Shown here: positions 16,609-24,331 of the stretch, one piece after another
Numbering within the stretch: the stretch's first letter is position 1
How the letters are laid out: every line of letters starts with the position of its first letter
IMG/VR virus record: IMGVR_UViG_2778261216_000006
Reading direction: 5' to 3' (one strand)
From: a virus
Taxonomy: Duplodnaviria > Heunggongvirae > Uroviricota > Caudoviricetes
Length of the DNA stretch: 24,331 nt
Position numbers and translations under genes: made by a program
Notes under the pieces: model-generated
Seen by the model: the letters and a program-made list of their open reading frames with translations, nothing else
Database searches by the model: none
What the model was told of the DNA's origin: nothing

Positions 16609-16618
16609 AAATATGTCC
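16609..16618. repeat. attR core (AAATATGTCC)
   Basis: Direct repeat of 1460-1469. Confidence 0.5.
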
Positions 16619-16685
16619 ATACTTCACGCATTACGTTAAGCATCCGTTATAATCGGTTGCAGATACCAGCCTGTGGATGCTTAAC

Positions 16686-17807
16686 ATGGAATACCAACTC
16701 ACTCTTAACTGGCCCGATTTTCTTGAACGTCACTGGCAGAAACGCCCGGTGGTGTTAAAACGCGGCTTTAATAATTTTATTGACCCGATCTCTCCAGACG
16801 AGTTGGCGGGTCTGGCGATGGAAAGCGAAGTTGACAGTCGACTGGTCAGTCACCAGGATGGCAAATGGCAGGTCAGCCACGGCCCGTTCGAAAGCTACGA
16901 TCATCTCGGTGAAACCAACTGGTCATTACTGGTACAGGCAGTGAACCACTGGCATGAGCCGACCGCCGCGCTGATGCGACCGTTCCGTGAACTACCGGAC
17001 TGGCGTATTGATGATCTGATGATCTCTTTTTCTGTACCGGGCGGCGGCGTCGGCCCGCATCTCGATCAGTACGACGTGTTTATCATTCAGGGTACCGGTC
17101 GTCGTCGCTGGCGAGTGGGCGAAAAGCTGCAAATGAAACAGCACTGTCCGCACCCGGATCTGTTACAGGTCGATCCGTTCGAAGCCATCATCGATGAAGA
17201 GCTGGAGCCTGGCGATATTCTTTATATTCCGCCAGGATTCCCGCATGAAGGCTACGCGCTGGAAAATGCGATGAACTATTCCGTGGGTTTTCGCGCGCCA
17301 AATACGCGGGAATTAATTAGCGGATTTGCCGATTATGTGCTGCAACGTGAACTGGGCGGCAACTACTACAGCGATCCGGATGTTCCACCTCGCGCTCATC
17401 CTGCGGACGTTCTGCCGCAAGAGATGGATAAACTGCGTGAGATGATGCTCGAATTGATCAACCAGCCGGAACACTTTAAGCAATGGTTTGGCGAGTTTAT
17501 ATCCCAGTCACGTCATGAACTGGATATCGCGCCGCCGGAACCGCCTTATCAGCCAGATGAAATCTACGATGCGCTGAAACAAGGTGAAGTGCTGGTGCGC
17601 CTGGGTGGTCTGCGCGTATTGCGCATTGGCGACGACGTGTATGCCAATGGTGAGAAGATCGATTCCCCGCACCGTCCGGCACTGGATGCACTCGCCAGCA
17701 ACATTGCGCTGACTGCGGAGAATTTTGGCGATGCGCTGGAAGATCCGTCATTCCTCGCGATGCTCGCGGCGCTGGTCAATAGCGGGTATTGGTTCTTCGA
17801 AGGGTAA
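16686..17807 (+). CDS. roxA: Ribosomal protein L16 arginine hydroxylase (JmjC/cupin oxygenase) RoxA/YcfD
   Basis: Protein MEYQLTLNWPDFLERHWQKRPVVL... recognised as YcfD; track ORF starts 3 codons upstream. Confidence 0.93.
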   Translation: MEYQLTLNWPDFLERHWQKRPVVLKRGFNNFIDPISPDELAGLAMESEVDSRLVSHQDGKWQVSHGPFESYDHLGETNWSLLVQAVNHWHEPTAALMRPFRELPDWRIDDLMISFSVPGGGVGPHLDQYDVFIIQGTGRRRWRVGEKLQMKQHCPHPDLLQVDPFEAIIDEELEPGDILYIPPGFPHEGYALENAMNYSVGFRAPNTRELISGFADYVLQRELGGNYYSDPDVPPRAHPADVLPQEMDKLREMMLELINQPEHFKQWFGEFISQSRHELDIAPPEPPYQPDEIYDALKQGEVLVRLGGLRVLRIGDDVYANGEKIDSPHRPALDALASNIALTAENFGDALEDPSFLAMLAALVNSGYWFFEG

Positions 17808-17819
17808 GTTTGGATTTAA

Positions 17820-17886
17820 GCCGGATGCGGCGCTGATTGCGCCTTATCGTGCCTACATGCACTGAACGCCTGTAGGCACGATAAGT
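17820..17886. repeat. REP/BIME-type extragenic palindromic element
   Basis: GCCGGATGCGGCG...GCGCCTTATC and CGTGCCTACA...TGTAGGCACG palindromes between the convergent roxA and pepT genes. Confidence 0.7.
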
Positions 17887-17952
17887 ATGTTGACCAGTAT
17901 CAATATAACGGTTTCATCCCGGTAATTGGCAGTCCACATACGCATCGGGCAA

Positions 17953-19182
17953 TCACGACTTCCGTTGCGCCGTTAACTCGGCAATACGGACAATCACCTG
18001 CACCGCTTTTTCCATACCTTCCAGAGTCACAAACTCATGCTTACCATGATAGTTGTAACCGCCAGTGAACAGGTTCGGGCACGGTAATCCCATAAACGAC
18101 AACTGCGCGCCGTCGGTACCGCCGCGGATCGGTTTCAGTTCCGGTTCAATATCGCAGTCACGCATCGCCTGCTGGGCGATATCGATAATATGCGGATGCT
18201 CAACCACTTTCTCGCGCATATTGTAGTAACTGTCTTCAATCACCAGTTCAATGTAGCAATCAGGATGTAACCCTTTGCCCACTTTTTTGGCGATCTCCAT
18301 CATTTTACGTTTACGCGCTTCAAACTGTTTACGGTCGAAATCACGGATGATGTAGTGCATATCGGCTCGGTCAACGGTGCCTTTCATGCTCGCCAGGTGA
18401 TAGAAACCTTCATAGCCTTCTGTCATTTCCGGGCTTTCATCCGCCGGAACTTCCGCATGAATACGTGCCGCCAGCGACAGCGCATTTACCATCACTCCTT
18501 TCGCCGTGCCCGGATGAACATTGTTACCGACAATTTTGATATTGACCGATGCGGCGTTGAAGTTTTCAAACTCCAGTTCACCTACGCCACCACCGTCAAC
18601 AGTGTAAGCCCAGCGGGCATCGAAGGCATCAACATCAAAATGTTTCGCCCCTTTGCCCACTTCTTCATCCGGGGTAAAGGCGACGCGAATATCACCATGC
18701 GGAATGTTTTTCTGTTGCAATACCGCCAGCGCGGTCATGATTTCTGCAATACCGGCTTTGTCATCGGCACCTAACAAGGTTTTACCATCGGTAGTAATCA
18801 GCGTCTGACCCAGTAGCTGATGCAGCACCGGGAACATAACCGGTGATAAAACTTCATCGCCGATACCCAGCGCAATATCGCCACCGCGATAGTTTTCAAC
18901 AATTTGCGGATTCACATTTTTGCCGCTGCAATCCGGTGAGGTATCCACATGAGAAATAAAGCCAATCGCCGGGATATTGCCAGGGACGTTAGCCGGTAAC
19001 GTCGCCATCAAAGTGCCCTTCTCACTTAAGGTCACATTGATAAGCCCCATCTCTTCGAGCTGCTCTTTCAGCAGATGCAATAACTTCCATTGGCCTTCCG
19101 TGCTGGGAACCTGTCTCACCCCTGCTTTTGATTGGGTATCCAGAGACACGTAGTTCAAAAATCGCTCAAGTAGTTTATCCAT
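17953..19182 (-). CDS. pepT: Peptidase T (tripeptide aminopeptidase)
   Basis: Protein from [21 protein letters not shown]... recognised as PepT; M20 metallopeptidase motifs; track ORF extends 14 codons upstream. Confidence 0.94.
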   Translation of the reverse strand: MDKLLERFLNYVSLDTQSKAGVRQVPSTEGQWKLLHLLKEQLEEMGLINVTLSEKGTLMATLPANVPGNIPAIGFISHVDTSPDCSGKNVNPQIVENYRGGDIALGIGDEVLSPVMFPVLHQLLGQTLITTDGKTLLGADDKAGIAEIMTALAVLQQKNIPHGDIRVAFTPDEEVGKGAKHFDVDAFDARWAYTVDGGGVGELEFENFNAASVNIKIVGNNVHPGTAKGVMVNALSLAARIHAEVPADESPEMTEGYEGFYHLASMKGTVDRADMHYIIRDFDRKQFEARKRKMMEIAKKVGKGLHPDCYIELVIEDSYYNMREKVVEHPHIIDIAQQAMRDCDIEPELKPIRGGTDGAQLSFMGLPCPNLFTGGYNYHGKHEFVTLEGMEKAVQVIVRIAELTAQRKS

Positions 19183-19431
19183 GTAGTCACCCTCACTTTT
19201 TGTGACAACATTATTAAGAAGCAAGAAAAGACAAATATTGCGTCAGGTCACTTTTACCCCTGCAAGCGGGAATATTTATCAGCATTACCTTAATGAATAT
19301 AAAGCTAAGCCAGTAATTCACAACAAAGATTGGCGATTCAAGCGGTTTGCCGTAGAATTACCGCCCTCATTAAGAGTCACCAAGGTGGTTAACCACAAAC
19401 CCCGCATCGGTAAGCCATCCGTTGCGTTTAC

Positions 19432-20568
19432 ATGGGACAGAGTAAAAAATTGAATAAACAACCGAGTTCGCTTTCACCGCTGGTGCAATTGGCGGGAATT
19501 CGCAAATGCTTTGATGGTAAAGAGGTCATTCCCCAGCTGGATCTGACTATCAACAATGGCGAGTTCCTCACGCTGCTTGGCCCTTCTGGCTGCGGTAAAA
19601 CAACCGTTCTTCGCCTGATTGCAGGTCTGGAAACTGTTGATTCCGGACGCATCATGCTGGATAACGAGGACATCACCCACGTTCCGGCGGAAAACCGCTA
19701 TGTGAACACTGTTTTCCAAAGCTACGCACTTTTCCCCCACATGACCGTGTTCGAAAATGTGGCCTTTGGGTTGCGCATGCAAAAAACCCCCGCTGCTGAA
19801 ATTACGCCCCGCGTGATGGAAGCCCTGCGGATGGTGCAGCTGGAAACCTTCGCTCAACGCAAACCGCATCAGCTCTCTGGTGGTCAACAGCAACGCGTCG
19901 CCATTGCCCGCGCGGTGGTTAACAAGCCTCGTCTGTTGTTGCTGGATGAGTCGCTCTCAGCGCTGGATTACAAACTGCGTAAGCAAATGCAGAACGAGCT
20001 GAAAGCGTTACAGCGTAAGCTTGGCATTACATTCGTCTTCGTGACTCACGACCAGGAAGAAGCACTCACCATGTCGGACAGGATTGTGGTGATGCGCGAT
20101 GGTCGCATTGAGCAAGACGGCACGCCGCGTGAAATCTACGAAGAGCCGAAAAACCTGTTTGTTGCCGGCTTCATTGGCGAAATCAATATGTTTAACGCCA
20201 CGGTCATCGAACGTCTCGACGAGCAGCGCGTACGCGCCAACGTTGAAGGCCGCGAATGTAATATCTACGTTAACTTCGCCGTTGAACCGGGGCAAAAACT
20301 GCATGTTCTGCTGCGCCCGGAAGACTTACGTGTTGAAGAGATTAACGACGACAACCACGCTGAAGGGCTGATTGGTTACGTTCGCGAGCGTAACTACAAA
20401 GGCATGACGCTGGAGTCGGTTGTTGAACTTGAAAATGGCAAGATGGTGATGGTCAGCGAATTCTTCAATGAAGACGACCCTGACTTTGACCACTCTCTCG
20501 ACCAAAAAATGGCCATTAATTGGGTAGAAAGCTGGGAGGTCGTACTGGCTGATGAAGAACACAAGTAA
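19432..20568 (+). CDS. potA: Spermidine/putrescine ABC transporter ATP-binding protein PotA
   Basis: 378 aa; Walker [13 protein letters not shown] signature LSGGQQQRV, Walker B LLLLDE. Confidence 0.96.
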
Positions 20569-21415
20569 GTTCCAGAATGTAGTGATTGTCACTATTGTCG
20601 GTTGGCTTGTGTTGTTTGTCTTTCTGCCCAACCTGATGATCATTGGCACCAGCTTTTTGACCCGCGACGACGCCAGTTTCGTCAAAATGGTCTTTACGCT
20701 GGATAACTACACGCGTCTGCTCGATCCGCTCTATTTTGAAGTGCTATTGCACTCGCTGAATATGGCGCTGATCGCCACCCTCGCCTGCCTGGTGCTGGGC
20801 TACCCGTTTGCCTGGTTTCTGGCGAAGCTGCCACACAAGGTGCGTCCGCTGCTGCTGTTTCTGCTGATTGTTCCCTTCTGGACCAACTCATTGATTCGTA
20901 TCTACGGGCTGAAAATTTTCCTCAGCACCAAAGGCTATCTCAACGAGTTTTTGCTCTGGCTGGGCGTTATCGACACACCAATTCGTATCATGTTCACGCC
21001 CAGTGCGGTGATTATCGGTCTGGTTTACATTCTGCTACCGTTTATGGTGATGCCGCTGTACTCCAGTATCGAAAAACTGGATAAGCCGTTGCTTGAGGCG
21101 GCGCGCGATCTCGGTGCCAGCAAGTTACAGACTTTTATCCGTATCATTATTCCACTGACGATGCCGGGAATTATTGCCGGATGTCTGCTGGTGATGCTGC
21201 CAGCGATGGGCCTGTTCTATGTATCCGACCTGATGGGCGGTGCGAAAAACCTGCTGATCGGTAACGTCATCAAGGTCCAGTTCCTCAATATTCGTGACTG
21301 GCCGTTTGGTGCAGCCACCAGCATTACGCTGACTATCGTAATGGGCCTGATGTTGCTGGTTTACTGGCGCGCTTCTCGTTTGCTGAATAAGAAGGCAACC
21401 GAAATAGATGATTAG
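20552..21415 (+). CDS. potB: Spermidine/putrescine ABC transporter permease PotB (3' end apparently remodelled by prophage insertion)
   Basis: Polytopic permease; potC/potD do not follow; the ORF ends ...NKKATEIDD where I recall the reference ending ...NKKVELE; true start may be GTG at 20582. Confidence 0.9.
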
Positions 21416-21447
21416 TGCTGAATATTCAAAGAGTTAATAGCAAATTT

Positions 21448-21481
21448 GGCATGCTTTTTACTTTTGCGTAAAAAGCATGCC
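21448..21481. other. Perfect 13-bp inverted repeat GGCATGCTTTTTA / TAAAAAGCATGCC with 8-nt loop
   Basis: Read directly just past the potB stop; no clear T-run, so a terminator role is uncertain. Confidence 0.45.
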
Positions 21482-21524
21482 TCTATCCATAAAATCAAAT
21501 AGTTATAATTTAATTTTGGAGAAT

Positions 21525-21564
21525 GTTTTTTTTCAGCGTCCTTTGATCTGATCGCTGAAAAAAC
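21525..21564. terminator. Bidirectional rho-independent terminator (T8 - TCAGCG...CGCTGA - A6)
   Basis: Stem flanked by T-run upstream and A-run downstream. Confidence 0.55.
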
Positions 21565-21572
21565 AACAAATA

Positions 21573-21911
21573 GTATAAAAATGAACAATCCGAATCCATG
21601 CATGACGTGTAGTGCCTGTTGTGCATTTTTCCGCGTCTCTTTTTACTGGGCAGAAGCTGACGATGCTGGCGGAAAGGTTCCGGGTCAGTCTCACTGAGCA
21701 AATATCCCCCTTTCATCGCTGTATGCGCGGCACCAGTCAGAAAAATCCCCGATGTGTCGCTCTGGCGGGAACTCCGGGTAAAAACGCATATTGCTCTGTT
21801 TACAAAAACCGTCCGTCCACGTGCCGGGAATTCGCAATGTCCGGAGAAAATGGCATCGCAAATGAAGCATGCAACCGCGCCCGGGCAAAATACGGACTTC
21901 CGGAAATCTGA
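21573..21911 (+). pseudogene. YkgJ-family CxxCxxCC cysteine-cluster protein gene, frameshifted
   Basis: N-terminus [38 protein letters not shown] stops at TGA; the rest ([14 protein letters not shown]...[29 protein letters not shown]) continues in the +1 frame (track ORF 21612..21911); consistent with loss of CT in a TCTCTC run. Confidence 0.5.
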
Positions 21912-22074
21912 AAAATCATCCATATCAACAGGATGCACGAAAAATGAGAGTTCCGTCACTTCCGGAATTAACTTTTCCGTGGCACTATTTAATCGGCATA
22001 GTGTATATCTTCACAATAATGACATAATCAACGCAGTTTATGGGGGAGGTGATGGTCCCCCATCTTTTTGTCTG

Positions 22075-22749
22075 TTATTCCTGTGCCCAGCCAACCCTGT
22101 ATGCCAGGATCTCATCCGCACTGCTCAGCGATTCCAGGTCCTTCTTCATGGTGCGCTGGCGAATGTGGATTTCCATCCCTTTAGTGAACATCGCCTGCTC
22201 TGCCGCTTCACTCAGCGCAATAAGCTCTTCTGCTGTCACCGGCACATCATTGTTTTCCGCATCCGTCCAGAAAAACGCCTCCGGCAGTTTCCCCGCTTTC
22301 GCTGCAGCCACCGACGGCTCAAGACGCGTCTGCGTTGACTTCCCGTAGTCCCATTTACGCCCATTGTGCTCAAACGTGTAGTTCGCCGCTTCCATCGCAT
22401 TACGCCAGGCGTTAATTTCATCGCCCTTCATCCCTCGCGCTTTCTCCGCGGTCAGCAGGTCCGTGATTTTCTCCCCGTCAAAACCCCAGCGCCCGCTCAG
22501 GTCAATTTTCCGGTTCTCCGGGGTATCCGGCACTTCTGCCACACTCTGGTTCACCGGCCACAGTAACGCAGTGTCCTTACCGTATCCCGTAATCACACCC
22601 CGGCTGTCATACACCACCTTCAGCGTCTCCGGCGAAAACAACGCCTGACACTCATACCAGTCCTGACCATCCTCAGACTTCAGGTACATCGCGCCTGCAA
22701 CATCCGGCTCCGCCGGGGTGTAATACGAAAAATTTCTGATATGCATCAT
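22075..22749 (-). CDS. Phage tail fibre assembly protein (Tfa-like chaperone)
   Basis: 224 aa; SEDGQDWYE ... VVYD ... VAEVPD N-terminal pattern of Tfa proteins; directly downstream of the tail fibre gene. Confidence 0.72.
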   Translation of the reverse strand: MMHIRNFSYYTPAEPDVAGAMYLKSEDGQDWYECQALFSPETLKVVYDSRGVITGYGKDTALLWPVNQSVAEVPDTPENRKIDLSGRWGFDGEKITDLLTAEKARGMKGDEINAWRNAMEAANYTFEHNGRKWDYGKSTQTRLEPSVAAAKAGKLPEAFFWTDAENNDVPVTAEELIALSEAAEQAMFTKGMEIHIRQRTMKKDLESLSSADEILAYRVGWAQE

Positions 22750-22970
22750 GTTTCCGTGCCCTCCTCCGATACCGGCACCCAGACCGGCATTTTTTCCGCA
22801 CCGACGCCCCGCTTCATACCTGCCGGTGCAGCATCCGCTGCAAAGACTTTATACACCACATAATCCACCACAATACCGTCTTCCGGCCAGCGCCCTGCTG
22901 CCTCATAAACCGGCCGCAGGGACAGGGGATAAAACATATTCTCTGACGGTGAAAAAACATACTGTTCCAT
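22746..22970 (-). CDS. Hypothetical small protein (74 aa) between tail fibre and tfa
   Basis: Stop overlaps the tfa start (ATGA coupling); no family recognised. Confidence 0.4.
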   Translation of the reverse strand: MEQYVFSPSENMFYPLSLRPVYEAAGRWPEDGIVVDYVVYKVFAADAAPAGMKRGVGAEKMPVWVPVSEEGTET

Positions 22971-22979
22971 ACAATGCCC

Positions 22980-24331
22980 TCAGTATCCGATCGCTTCCCA
23001 TGAAAACTTGCCGTAGCATCCCCTGACTGTTATCAGAGTCACAGACACTAATGACGGATTCGACAGGGTATACATCTTAATGACGTTGGGGTCTCCCACT
23101 GCAGACACCTGAGCATTCAGAGCAGCAACCGGAAAAGCGACAGGAAAACGGATAGAGTGTTGTGTCATAAGCTTACCATCATCCTCACTTACCTCAATAC
23201 TGCCCCATTGCCGCAAACGACCGGTTACTTCATCACGCTCCCAGCCATTTACTGTCAGGCTTGCTGTTGTGGGCTTGTTTTTTGTGCTGTAATCCACCCG
23301 CCAGTGAAAACGTTGTGTGTCTCCGTAAACTGTACAGGTACAGACCGTGCCGTTCAGAAAACCATCGCCACCGTATTCGCCGATGGTGACCCGGACTATG
23401 GCTGCGTTATACGTCCCCATCACCTCAATGGCGCAGCCTCCCAGATTGAGTTTTCCCGGTCCGACATCCGTGATGACCTTATTAAATTCCGCAAGCAGTG
23501 ATGCCTTCATCATCCAGTAAGGCTGGTCAAATGCCCCCTTTTCTTTCAGCCAGGCCACAAACTCACTCGTGGTCCATTCACCGGTCTCCGTATGAATGTC
23601 CCGCCCGTATACTCTGGCTGCTCCCACGGTGTTCAGAAACTTCACCTTATCCGGGATATCGTCACCGTTTTTCGCTTTCTCCAGGCATCCGTCCGCTTTG
23701 TCCATTGCCGCTTTCACCGCTTTCGGGGTGGCTGCCTTCGTTTCATCATCACTGTCCGTTGCGCTGCTTAACTGCACAATTCCCTTCTGTGCCGTCGTCG
23801 CATCCGGCCCTCCCGGCTCGCCTTTTTCGCCCTTCTCTCCCCGTTCACCTTTCACACCCTGAAGCCCTGTGGTCCTGTCTCACCACGCTCACCCTTTGGC
23901 CCCCGCTCGCCGGTATCGCCTTTTGGCCCGGGAATACCCTGCGGCCCGGTGTCCCCCTTATCCCCCTTCGGTCCCCGCGCATTCTCTGCCCGTTTTTTTG
24001 CCTCCTCCGCACTGGCTGCGGAGGCTTCCGCACGTTTCAGGATTTCCGCTGCCACCGCTTCCAGCTCTGCAAGGGCTTTCGGGTAATACTGTGCGTCTTC
24101 CAGGTCCATCAGAAATTTATTCAGCGTTCCCGGTGCAGAATCCGCCTTCACCAGAATGTCACCCACATATGACGGCGCGTACCCTTCCGTGTTCAGCGTC
24201 ACCCGGTACAGACCCGGCTCAACATCCATACTGTAACTGCCGGTTTCCCCCGGCTGACCATACGCCACCGTGGTGACAATCACCGTCTCCGTTGTACGGC
24301 GCGCTTTCAGCTCTATCGTGCATCCCGGTAC
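22980..24331 (-). pseudogene. Side tail fibre protein with collagen-like Gly-X-Y repeats, frameshifted near 23852 (5' part beyond window)
   Basis: Upstream frame (open to the window edge) ends ...GERGETGPQGFRV*; the repeats continue in another frame as GVKGERGEKGEKGEPGGPD...; a single missing base in GGC(C)TTCAGGGT would restore one ORF. Confidence 0.7.

Larger units (their letters stand above)
1458..16618 (-). mobile_element. Capsid-forming PICI-like phage satellite island integrated between phoQ and roxA
   Basis: Bounded by direct repeat AAATATGTCC (1460-1469, 16609-16618); contains integrase, alpA, replication module with iterons, HK97-type head and packaging genes, but no tail, lysis or cI-type repressor genes. 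Confidence 0.75.
21416..24331 (-). mobile_element. Terminal region of a lambdoid prophage integrated at the potB 3' end (continues beyond the window)
   Basis: potB is followed by hairpins, a ykgJ-like moron, a tail-fibre assembly gene and a side tail fibre gene instead of potC. Confidence 0.7.

Noticed and set aside
17497-17779. Minus-strand ORFs inside roxA
   Set aside because: Antisense to a conserved chromosomal gene.
19474-20685. Minus-strand ORFs inside potA/potB (19474..19893, 20008..20304, 20326..20685)
   Set aside because: Antisense to well-defined ABC transporter genes.
21412-21959. Minus-strand ORFs 21412..21603 and 21510..21959
   Set aside because: They span the hairpins after potB and run antisense to the ykgJ-like gene; composition not protein-like.
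23498-24276. Plus-strand Pro-rich ORFs (23498..24172, 23596..23862, 23869..24276)
   Set aside because: Antisense translation of the collagen-like repeats of the tail fibre gene.

Overview
Enterobacterial (E. coli-type) chromosomal backbone, phoQ - roxA(ycfD) - pepT - potA - potB, interrupted by two mobile elements. (1) A ~15.2 kb island (about 1458-16618) sits in the short phoQ-roxA spacer, bounded by a 10-bp direct repeat (AAATATGTCC) and ~80-bp arm-type repeats. Its genes run on the minus strand: P4-like tyrosine integrase, AlpA, three small unknown genes, a RepA-like helicase with an iteron origin, SSB, a PerC-like regulator, a terminator-flanked moron, then an HK97-type head module (major capsid, prohead protease, portal, head closure, gp6-like connector), HNH, TerS and TerL. 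It has no tail, lysis or repressor genes, so I read it as a capsid-forming PICI-like phage satellite. Its accessory region (about 13120-14510) holds two tandem plus-strand cassettes, each an Arc-like RHH protein plus a 67-75 aa unknown protein, framed by conserved hairpins; this is the most likely place for an undescribed function. (2) From about 21416 to the window end is the terminus of a lambdoid prophage at the potB 3' end: a frameshifted YkgJ-family gene, a tail-fibre assembly gene and a collagen-repeat side tail fibre gene that is also frameshifted. All calls come from reading the sequence and from remembered protein-family signatures; no searches were run. Coordinates refined by hand may be off by a base or two (my manual base count and the ORF track disagreed by 1 nt at the major capsid start).
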